A stretch of 32,000 nt of DNA from Candidatus Thorarchaeota archaeon (GTDB lineage: Archaea > Asgardarchaeota > Heimdallarchaeia > Hodarchaeales > Hodarchaeaceae). Where the stretch lies: positions 450,001-482,000 of the forward strand of contig JBHLRO010000001.1 in assembly GCA_048882505.1 (NCBI GenBank), written 5' to 3'. The position numbers were made by a program, and so were the translations under genes. Positions 17,710 through 25,912 of this stretch are shown one piece after another. Position 1 is the stretch's first letter. Every line of letters starts with the position of its first letter. The notes under the pieces are model-generated. The model was not told the origin of the DNA, made no database searches, and worked only from the letters and a program-made list of their open reading frames with translations.

Positions 17710-17883
17710 ATGCGTAATTCAAAGATATGGACATGGTTTAAGTGGAGTATGGTTTCCTACTTTCTGACCGCCCTCTTTCTCACACCTGTGGATGGGATCA
17801 CGCCCTTGGTGATCATTTTTGCGGCGGTCACCATCACCTACTGCGCGGATCGACGCATTGGGAAAATTCGAGAATCCGCCTGA
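17710..17883 (+). CDS. Small two-TM membrane protein (57 aa)
   Basis: MRNSKIWTWFKWSMVSYFLTALFLTPVDGITPLVIIFAAVTITYCADRRIGKIRESA; AGGAAG upstream of ATG 17710; divergent from the secreted protein. Confidence 0.55.
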   Translation: MRNSKIWTWFKWSMVSYFLTALFLTPVDGITPLVIIFAAVTITYCADRRIGKIRESA

Positions 17884-17997
17884 TCGGGAGGCCGATCCGT
17901 CTCCTCGTATTGAACGTGGAATGGACCTCATTCACACAGGAGAACAAGAATTAACAGGAAAAGTCGAACAGACTACTTAGATCGCCTGGGATCAGTT

Positions 17998-18258
17998 TTA
18001 AAAAGAGGTGTATCTCAGGGGACAGACCAAAAATGGAACAGAAACACCAACTGCCCCCGTTGCGGCGCGAAAGCATTTCATGGCATGCCACCTAAAATTT
18101 GATGAAAAACTCACGACCTTTCCACTCATTTCTTCTCGTCCCTGTACAAAGAACATCAGCTTTTCCCGTGGATTTTGAACCCGTTGCGGAGATCGAATAG
18201 GAAAATCCGAAGCGTTTCTCTTCCAACTGCTTGTTAGAACTTGCTCGAGATCGATCAT
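17998..18258 (-). CDS. Possible small hypothetical protein (86 aa)
   Basis: ATG preceded by GAGGG at SD spacing, with an AT-only near-palindromic TATA region at about 18453-18470 upstream. No recognisable motif. Confidence 0.3.
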   Translation of the reverse strand: MIDLEQVLTSSWKRNASDFPIRSPQRVQNPREKLMFFVQGREEMSGKVVSFSSNFRWHAMKCFRAATGAVGVSVPFLVCPLRYTSF

Positions 18259-18545
18259 GAAAGCCCTCTAATATACTAGTGAGTCGAAACAGGAGTGTCT
18301 GGTGATTCAGATCGGCTTTCCAGCTTGTCTATTCGATAAATAATAAAAATAATAAACAGAGTTCCAACGAACGTAATGATCAGGAGAGGAAAAGAACTCC
18401 CCCGATAAAGCAAAGTGAGCTATGGCATGGGGCCAGCCAATGAAGGTATAGCATTTTATATAATATATAAATTCAAGGAAATCCTTCTAGGATGGGTTTA
18501 TATTGCCCCATGGATAATCCTAGCCAAAGGGAGATCGTTTGACAG

Positions 18546-18908
18546 ATGCGAGATATTAAGCCTAGGAGACTTGCAAAAAGAATGGTTATAATCTCTTCTG
18601 GCATCATATTTTTAGCCCTCATTCTAGTGGGAACACTGGACATCTTCTTCGGAAGCGGAGTCTTAGGTCTTTTGCTATATGGGTTTGCGCTAGCAGGTAG
18701 TATTGGAGGTTATAGCTACCGATCAATAATTTTTACTGGTTCAGGAATTGCTAGTGGGCATAAGATAGAAAATATACCCGAAAACAGGGGGAAACTTCCA
18801 CTAACTCTTACACTTAATGTAGATACAAAAAAAATCATGTATGGATACGAAACAGATAACACTAAGAGTGGCTACAGGTCAAGAGAGGATAATAGAGCCG
18901 AACTCTAA
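18546..18908 (+). CDS. Hypothetical membrane protein (two N-terminal TM helices)
   Basis: ATG with GGAG upstream and TTTTATATAATATATAAA about 80 nt upstream. Basic N-terminus, two hydrophobic helices, polar tail. Confidence 0.65.
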   Translation: MRDIKPRRLAKRMVIISSGIIFLALILVGTLDIFFGSGVLGLLLYGFALAGSIGGYSYRSIIFTGSGIASGHKIENIPENRGKLPLTLTLNVDTKKIMYGYETDNTKSGYRSREDNRAEL

Positions 18909-19290
18909 CCATACCTCTGCCAATTTCTCAATGCAACGATATTCTACGAAAACGAGAGAAAAATGCATTGTGATTGGATAGATCTTGGCTGGTTGGGAGA
19001 TGATCTTATCATGAAGATGATTTTTTGTCGCGTCCCGCCGTCTCGATATCCTTCATGGGATCTTCGTGGCACTCGGGCTTTCTCCCGTGTCCTATCTACA
19101 ATCATTTGAAGCGAATTTTTGCTTTGCTGTATCTCTTCCCCTGTGATATGATTCGATTTTCCTTAGAGTAATGGTACGAGTAAAACCTATTCCGGACTCG
19201 CTCGCCCAAAACTTGATGATTTCTTATGTTAATTACAAAAGTTTTCTTAGATATCAAAAATGTTTATAGTTTAACTCAGAATATCTTTTT

Positions 19291-19449
19291 GTGGCCGCAG
19301 TGACGGATGAAAGCTCGTCAACTCTGGAATTCCCGTTGATGGTACTAGATTTCGATGGCCTAGCTTCCTGGGCTATTACCTAGGAACTACTAGGGCAAGG
19401 GTATGGCATAGATCTCGACAAGGTCACTTCGGAAATCGGATCCTGGGCC
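19291..19449 (+). ncRNA. Candidate structured leader or small RNA upstream of the FAD oxidoreductase
   Basis: About 52% GC by hand count versus about 20% in the 80 nt upstream. TTTATA at 19263-19268; terminal pairing GGCC(G)CAG/CTGGGCC; GAAA-capped hairpin 19301-19320; 13-bp hairpin 19359-19394. Confidence 0.35.
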
Positions 19450-19454
19450 TTAAG

Positions 19455-20990
19455 TTGAGGGATAATTTTCTTGAAAATTTAAACGAATCCAAGAGTAGGA
19501 AAGTGATACAAATTAACTTTCAACTGACTAATATCCAGTGGGACGTCATAATTGTTGGCGCTGGCATCATTGGCTGTTCTGCTGCATATCATATTAAAAA
19601 AACCTCCCCAGAGTTGAATGTCCTCCTAATCGATAAACAAGCTTCCGCAGGGTACGGTAACTCTATTCACTCTACGGGAATGTACAGAAACGTATTCGAA
19701 TCACCAACAAATAAGATGCTCACTGACTCGAGCATTGGCTTTTACAAGTATGTTACGCGTGAGCTGGATATTGATCTGGGATTGAAAGAGATAGGATATC
19801 TTTTTCTCGAACCAAAAACAAGAGGAGAGGCCCTTATTTCAAAGCTCAAGCAGTTAAAAATCGATCACGAGGTTTATTCCAGTGAGGATCTTGTGAACCT
19901 GTTACCTGGGATTAGAGTAAACTTTGATGCTGAAGATAATTCGATGAAAACGAAGTTAAATCCTATAAATATTGCATACGGCATTCTAGGAAAAAAATGT
20001 GGACGTTTGGATCCTTATTTGGTGGCAAAATTCTACGAAAACGAATTCAAGAAGGAAGGAGGGATAACCAGATACCGTATTGAGGTTACTAGCATCTTGT
20101 TGGGAGCTGCTGGTGAAGATTCTATCGAGGCGACTGAATTAGGTGATATATCGGACACATCTTTCCCTGTTTGGATAAAACCTAAAGTTCGAGGAATAAC
20201 GTTCATTGATAAAAAGAAAAATGAGAGTAAATCTGATAGCAGAAGCAATAGGAAGGAGAAAAGGAAGAAAGAACCCACACTCCTCACCAAAAGCTTGATA
20301 CTTTGTACAGGGGCATGGATTAATCAGTTATTGGATCCGATTGGAATAGATTCACAGGTCAAACCGAAAAAACGGCAGTTATTTAATTTCTGCTATAAAA
20401 AAGATAGTCCTAGTTCAGCAGAATTACGTAAAAACCTTCTAACATTGCTTAACAATGAGAACTTCAATAAATTGGGAACAATCCCTCTTATCATCCTTCC
20501 GATGGCAGGAGTTCATATTAAACCTGAAAAAAACGAGGGGTGTGTAACAATTGGATGTGCTGATAATATCGGACGGCGCTTCGAACCAAGCATAGGAGTT
20601 AATGAGAAAGGCAAATTAGTTCGAAGTTCGGCCTTAGATGAACCAATATGGGAAGAAGAATTCTATATTCACTCTGTTCTGCCGATCCTCAACTTATATT
20701 TTCCAAAGATCTTTGGGCACTATTTGAGAAGTAGTGGAGGAGACGCAGGGCATTATGCAATATCTCCTGATGGATTTCCCGTTGTAGAAAGGGACAAGTC
20801 TTTGGATAATTTGATTTATGCATCAGGTTTGAGTGGAAGTGGTATAATGAAGGCAGATGCCCTAGGGCGTATTGTAGGAGCACTATTTAGAAATGAAGAA
20901 AACGCAATATTGTTTAATGGGGAGAAATTTAAGGTTGCGAACCTAGGAAAAGAACAGAGAAACACTCAACCGGAAACTATTATTCTCTAG
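19455..20990 (+). CDS. FAD-dependent oxidoreductase, DAO/sarcosine oxidase beta/proline dehydrogenase-like family
   Basis: DVIIVGAGIIGCSAAYH (GxGxxG), LILCTGAW, AGHYAISPDGFPVV, SGLSGSGIMKADALGR. The exact start is uncertain. Confidence 0.9.
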   Translation: MRDNFLENLNESKSRKVIQINFQLTNIQWDVIIVGAGIIGCSAAYHIKKTSPELNVLLIDKQASAGYGNSIHSTGMYRNVFESPTNKMLTDSSIGFYKYVTRELDIDLGLKEIGYLFLEPKTRGEALISKLKQLKIDHEVYSSEDLVNLLPGIRVNFDAEDNSMKTKLNPINIAYGILGKKCGRLDPYLVAKFYENEFKKEGGITRYRIEVTSILLGAAGEDSIEATELGDISDTSFPVWIKPKVRGITFIDKKKNESKSDSRSNRKEKRKKEPTLLTKSLILCTGAWINQLLDPIGIDSQVKPKKRQLFNFCYKKDSPSSAELRKNLLTLLNNENFNKLGTIPLIILPMAGVHIKPEKNEGCVTIGCADNIGRRFEPSIGVNEKGKLVRSSALDEPIWEEEFYIHSVLPILNLYFPKIFGHYLRSSGGDAGHYAISPDGFPVVERDKSLDNLIYASGLSGSGIMKADALGRIVGALFRNEENAILFNGEKFKVANLGKEQRNTQPETIIL

Positions 20991-21361
20991 GACGTTGGTT
21001 AGCGGTTTTCTTTTCCTAAAGATACGGCTTATCCCGTATTCGGCGTCTCAAAGGCTTTTCCACCGCATTTGTTTTCTTGTTGGGCCAGCAATTCCGTCAT
21101 TCTTTCCAGCTATACGATTGTGGCAAGATAAACTGGGTGGTTCCCCACAATCGTGGGACAAATGGAGCGATAATCTGATAGAAACGTAACAAAAACACTC
21201 CTTGAATTGTCTGTTAATTCGAATTTGCCTATTTTCTCTCTCTTATTACAAACAGAAGTTATGAATTCCCCCTGGGAATACAAACCACGGATCATCAAAA
21301 GATGAATCCCCTAAGAAAAGATATGAAAATCGCAGGACTAGGATTATAAAAAGCCTGTTTT

Positions 21362-21904
21362 TTGAATTATAAAATTTCCGCCAGAAATACCAATGAGTTC
21401 GGTTCGTACAAGGTTAAAAAGAGGATTGATGTCGTGTCATCACAAAATCAAATAACAGAAAATCCGTATCTAAAGTACTCTTGGAAAGGACTGATTATTA
21501 TGGGAATCATCATGGTGGGCGAGTCCCTCCTTCAAATATCTTCAGCTTTCTTGGGCAATAATGAGTTTATCGAGAATTATACAGGGGTAAACTGGAATCA
21601 GTATGCGGCTGCATATCCTGAAATGGCTGACTATTTACTCATGATTGGTCTACAATTTGGAGTTTTATTAGGCGTTGTAGGGCTGTTTGGATGCGTTATC
21701 GCCTGGAAGGGGTTTAAGAAACACGAAAAGTGGGCTTGGTATACAATGTGGCTGTTTCCAATCAGTTTTGGGCTTATATCACTAATCTTTTTTGTTTCCA
21801 TAAATAATATGTTAATTGCATGGGTATCATCAGCTATATTCAGCTTAATAACCGCTATTATCGTCCTTCTACCCTATCAAGCGTTTTTCCCCTCCACAAC
21901 CTAA
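21362..21904 (+). CDS. Hypothetical membrane protein (about 4 TM)
   Basis: Four hydrophobic helices and a KKHEKWAWY loop. The real start may be ATG 21500. Confidence 0.75.
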   Translation: MNYKISARNTNEFGSYKVKKRIDVVSSQNQITENPYLKYSWKGLIIMGIIMVGESLLQISSAFLGNNEFIENYTGVNWNQYAAAYPEMADYLLMIGLQFGVLLGVVGLFGCVIAWKGFKKHEKWAWYTMWLFPISFGLISLIFFVSINNMLIAWVSSAIFSLITAIIVLLPYQAFFPSTT

Positions 21905-22146
21905 TTAAAAAACCACAACAATTAAAGCATTCAGTGCCCTCAGTGCAGCCGAGCGAAGATCTCCCTAAATATCACGTGTGGTTTTGTAAATTGAAACTCC
22001 ATAAAGATCAGGAGTGGCGAGTCATGGCATTAGTTAGGTCAATGTAGTGCCAGTGTGTAATACGGGGCGCGATTCCTTATAACGATACTAGTCTATTCAT
22101 AAATCATTCAGAGGCCTTTTTTCTACTCAATATCCCTTGACTCGAA

Positions 22147-22527
22147 TTATCGTTTCACAAAGCTAGGAACGAGGGAAGTGCCTTCCAAGTAGACAATCGC
22201 AACGAGGTAAATGAAATGAAATCCTGCAATAGTGAGACTGAAAAATGGGTCACCAATCTGAGCGACAGTCTGATAGAGGTGGAAAAGAACAACACCAACC
22301 TCCTGGATTACCAAAACCCAAAGGAAATCATGGTATTTGTCGGTGTCCAAAGATAGAACAAATACAAAAAGACCAAAGGTAATAGAAATCAAGTTGTATA
22401 GGAGGGGGACTGTGGCATCGGGATTAAACATTTCTGGAAGGAGAACAGATCCAATTCCTACCACCACATAATCTAATGTTACAACAGTGAGGACTATTCG
22501 TAACCATTTTGATCGATCAAGTGACAT
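22147..22527 (-). CDS. Hypothetical membrane protein (about 4 TM)
   Basis: MSLDRSKWLRIVLTVV... with four hydrophobic helices. The frame extends to TTG 22539; ATG 22527 is preferred. Confidence 0.75.
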   Translation of the reverse strand: MSLDRSKWLRIVLTVVTLDYVVVGIGSVLLPEMFNPDATVPLLYNLISITFGLFVFVLSLDTDKYHDFLWVLVIQEVGVVLFHLYQTVAQIGDPFFSLTIAGFHFIYLVAIVYLEGTSLVPSFVKR

Positions 22528-22818
22528 TTTAAATCTCAAAACGAGCGCTTGAATCGTGATATATCGCTTATGATGCGTTTTTCGTAAATCTGCTATTTTA
22601 TTCCAAACTTGGTTTTTGCGAGCGATTAGGCGAGCTAAATCCGAGCATTCTTATGCTTATCATATCGATATCCCTCAGGGCGTTTTTGTTAATTTACTGA
22701 ACCCTATTGAATGACCCTTGGATTCATTCGGAGATAATTGACAAATCTTTTATATGGGAGGGCATCGAATTAGTGTACTGGTTTCATTATCACGTTTCAC
22801 AACACAGAGGTATCCAAA

Positions 22819-23847
22819 TTGACTAAAGAAGCTTCGCAGGAAAAACCACGATATAAGTTTGATTTGACGGATGGAATCGGCCGAGAGGATGCATTTGCAA
22901 TTATTTATGGGATAGGGCGAGCAGTTCTTTTTATTCTGAAGATTATATTCTGGCCCCTTGTTTGGTTAGGGCGAATATTCAATCGATCTGTAAGATTTGC
23001 CCGGGTAAAGGATACAAAAGTTAGAAGACTAACCAGAGATGAACGACTATTTATTGAAAGTATTCCTACCTTTTTCATACTTGCGGGCATATTCATTGGA
23101 GGAATTATCGCAATAATTGAATTTTTCCTGGGTAGTGACGCTATAATTGAGTTCATCGAAGAAATTAGTTTAGACACCTTGATTGCAAGTATCGTGTGGT
23201 GGTTGACATTTATTCTGGAGATCATTCTCACTATCATAGGCCTCGGCAACCATCATATGAACCTATCAATTGCAGGTTACGATATCTGGGTTCAGGGAGA
23301 AGAGCGCACTATTGGGATCATCGATTGGATCAGGGCGTTATTTACATTTTTGTTTGAGTTTGTACAAAAGGATCCCATTGTACTTTTTCTCACAATTGGA
23401 GCAATAGGAATAGGGGTCACTTTAGTGTGGATTCTTGTATCCGAAACTGGAGCCGTAACATTTGTGGTTTCCAGATTCGTCACTCTGGTTCGTCAGGTGG
23501 TTGGGGCCCCGAGAGCTGTATATAATCAACTTAACGCTGCCTATCTGGGATTTAATAACCGTCTGAGCAGTATCGTAATTGGAAGTAGACGTTTGGACCA
23601 AAGAAGTGTAGCTTTTCATCGCAAGATACTGTTATTGACCTTGGGCTTAGGTTTGTACACGTTTGTGGGTGGAATCTTCGTAATTGCAACACAGAATATT
23701 CAAGATCATGTTTTTTTCATTTCCGTGATTTTGGTGATGCTTACAGCCTTTGGCCTCGGAATCGGTATTGTGGGGATGTTTATAATCGTAAGATTGTTAG
23801 ATAGGGTTTCTCGTGGAAAATACGACATGGCTCCCTCATCCACTTAA
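22819..23847 (+). CDS. Hypothetical polytopic membrane protein
   Basis: 342 aa with several hydrophobic helices separated by basic loops. TTG start with AGAGG SD; TTTATAT at about 22749-22755. Confidence 0.8.
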   Translation: MTKEASQEKPRYKFDLTDGIGREDAFAIIYGIGRAVLFILKIIFWPLVWLGRIFNRSVRFARVKDTKVRRLTRDERLFIESIPTFFILAGIFIGGIIAIIEFFLGSDAIIEFIEEISLDTLIASIVWWLTFILEIILTIIGLGNHHMNLSIAGYDIWVQGEERTIGIIDWIRALFTFLFEFVQKDPIVLFLTIGAIGIGVTLVWILVSETGAVTFVVSRFVTLVRQVVGAPRAVYNQLNAAYLGFNNRLSSIVIGSRRLDQRSVAFHRKILLLTLGLGLYTFVGGIFVIATQNIQDHVFFISVILVMLTAFGLGIGIVGMFIIVRLLDRVSRGKYDMAPSST

Positions 23848-23961
23848 TAGGTGCAGTTTTGGCCTCGGATTACCTCAATAACCTGTTACAGTTGGCGCGG
23901 CGGAACACCCAGCACTCCGTTCTAGACTCTATTTAAGGAAGGTTCCCTTGCGAAGGCATCT

Positions 23962-25884
23962 ATGGTGACTGAACGTCTCTCAACAAAGTACCTCCTCGTG
24001 GGCATGTTATCTGTCCTTTTTTTCACAGCTTCGGCATACGGGGTTCAGAGAACCATTCTAGCAACCGGGGCTGAAAGGAAGGTTCAAGTGACTTCATGGT
24101 TCACGGACTTTAGTTGGATCTACATTGCCTTTACATTGGCAGGATTTGGATTGTTTAAGTCGCTTGCGGGATTTATGACGGGAGTCTCCACAAAACGATT
24201 CGGAACGCGCAATGTGATCTTGGTAGGTTGTGCTAGTTTTATAGTAGGGGTAATTCCTCTAATATTCTCCGCTGGTAGCCCAAGCCTCCTGGCAATCGGT
24301 AATAGCTTTTTAGGGGCAGGCGAAGGATTGCTGTATGCTGCCGCAATGACATATCTTTCAGATATCACCCCCTTGACAAAAAGAGCTCAGGTTATGGGGA
24401 TTATGGAATCCGCGGTTTACGGAGGATATACAGTTGGTGCAATCTTGGCAGGACTACTAAGTACACTAATGGGAAATTCTGATGCACCTTTTCTATTTTC
24501 TTTCGTCGTAAGCATCATTGCACTCGTGTTTGCCTTGGGATCGATAAAGAAAACGCAAGTAAGTGAGACAGAGACTCAGATCAGTCAACTACGAACAGAA
24601 ATCGAGATTCCAAAGACGATTCCCGTTACAGATCTATTGATTCGCCCCACTGTATTTGTTACCTTCATTGCTGGGCATATAAGTAAGATGGCAGATGCGA
24701 TAATCGTTTTATTTCTTCCTATCGTCCTTAATAATGCAGTTTTCGGGTATGGTCTTACCATAGAAGAAACTGGTCTGATAACCGGAGCATTTACTTTGTC
24801 GTGGGCCCTATCGATGCCCCTTTCAGGCCTGCTTAGCGATTGGATTGGGCGGAAACAACCGATACTGTTCGGGCTTTTGCTAGAAGCTACTGCTCTGGTG
24901 GCATTACAGTGGGGAGTGGCTCCTTTTGTAGTCCTCCTTGGATTCGCTCTGCTTGGAGGCCTGGGAGTGGGATTATATTATCCTCTCCTCCCTTCGATTG
25001 CTGTTGATGTGGCCCCTGAGGATGAAAAAGCTCGTCTTATTGGTTGGTACCGCGCAATAAAAGATTTGGGTTACTTCACTGGCCCTTTTATCGCAGGAAT
25101 TATTGCACAGACGTGGTTCGATACTGGGGCTTCATTAAACCTCGTCATTGCCTTACCATTGGTCGTTGCCGCGTTTTTGTTGGTACTTGCATCGTTCATA
25201 ATACTGTTGGCCCGGGAAACCCGACCAGGATGGGCCCAATTTCGTACAGTGCTTGTTCATGCCCAAACAGTGGAAAGTTCCGTAAAACAAGCTACTAAGG
25301 GGCTTTTAACATATCTTGAGCAGAATGAGTACGAAGATCGAACTGAACTAGAGAAGCGTCTCTCTAATCATTCGCTTGTGGCAAAAAAACTCGAAGTGAA
25401 GGCAGATCAACAACTAGAAGAGATCGCCGTCCAAACCTTCCAACGATTTCATAAAAGCCCAGATGCAGGTACCTTTGTCCGAATCGCCAGACGATTGGAT
25501 AGAGTTGCAGGGCTAACCTTGGGAGCGTTGTATCGCCTCCAAGTCATTCCGATTGAGGAGATCCCATCATTAATTCAAGAAAAACTACATGATGCGGCAT
25601 ATGCATTAAGATCGTTGGTTGAAACAGCTGTAGACGGACTCCAGGTCCTGGAATTAAAATTGGATGCGGTACCGGGCATCTATAAAGCAATTCGAGAACG
25701 TGAAACTGAACTTGATCTTCTATATCGGATGATGAACAAGCAGCTGTATATATCCGCCCAAGAAATGCATTATGGTACCTGGTATGCGATTAGGGATGTG
25801 GTCAATATGATAGAAGCCGCCGCCGATTCAGCAGAGGATGCTGCAGAGGTCATGAACTTTTTGGCAATAAAATACAAAACGTAG
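23962..25884 (+). CDS. MFS transporter fused to a C-terminal DUF47/PhoU-like helical domain
   Basis: About 12 TM with MFS loops (GVSTKRFGTRN, GLLSDWIGRKQP), then about 215 aa with KKLEVKADQQLEEI, IARRLDRVA, IRERETELDLLYR and MIEAAADSAEDAAEV, the DUF47 pattern. Confidence 0.85.
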   Translation: MVTERLSTKYLLVGMLSVLFFTASAYGVQRTILATGAERKVQVTSWFTDFSWIYIAFTLAGFGLFKSLAGFMTGVSTKRFGTRNVILVGCASFIVGVIPLIFSAGSPSLLAIGNSFLGAGEGLLYAAAMTYLSDITPLTKRAQVMGIMESAVYGGYTVGAILAGLLSTLMGNSDAPFLFSFVVSIIALVFALGSIKKTQVSETETQISQLRTEIEIPKTIPVTDLLIRPTVFVTFIAGHISKMADAIIVLFLPIVLNNAVFGYGLTIEETGLITGAFTLSWALSMPLSGLLSDWIGRKQPILFGLLLEATALVALQWGVAPFVVLLGFALLGGLGVGLYYPLLPSIAVDVAPEDEKARLIGWYRAIKDLGYFTGPFIAGIIAQTWFDTGASLNLVIALPLVVAAFLLVLASFIILLARETRPGWAQFRTVLVHAQTVESSVKQATKGLLTYLEQNEYEDRTELEKRLSNHSLVAKKLEVKADQQLEEIAVQTFQRFHKSPDAGTFVRIARRLDRVAGLTLGALYRLQVIPIEEIPSLIQEKLHDAAYALRSLVETAVDGLQVLELKLDAVPGIYKAIRERETELDLLYRMMNKQLYISAQEMHYGTWYAIRDVVNMIEAAADSAEDAAEVMNFLAIKYKT

Positions 25885-25912
25885 AGGTATACGGAGAGTC
25901 AAATTTGAAATA

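Noticed and set aside
17914-18240. Plus-frame KWNRNTNCPRCGAKAF resembling an IS1595-type zinc ribbon
   Set aside because: Only one CxxC, no start codon, no DDE motif downstream, and it overlaps an alternative minus-strand ORF. Too weak to call.
18960-19200. Minus-frame RISRRRDATKNHLHDKIIS resembling the TnpB RxDFLHK helix
   Set aside because: Short, interrupted by stops, and no RuvC or zinc-finger motifs nearby.
19291-19449. Resemblance of the structured element to a SAM-I riboswitch (ATGAAAGCTCGTCAAC), 5S rRNA, tRNA or SECIS
   Set aside because: The SAM-I P1/kink-turn core, 5S helix spacing, T-arm and K-turn quartet are each missing, and no selenoprotein is nearby. Kept only as an unclassified candidate.
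20995-21298. Two short ORFs and a 10-bp inverted repeat (ACGATTGTGG 21114-21123 / CCACAATCGT 21145-21154)
   Set aside because: The ORFs lack motifs and SD sites. The repeat has a 21-nt spacer and no clear link to a promoter or stop codon.
22540-22640. In-frame upstream extension LARLIARKNQVWNKIADLRKTHHK resembling a TnpB helix
   Set aside because: About 25 residues with no other IS200/IS605 features; compatible with chance.
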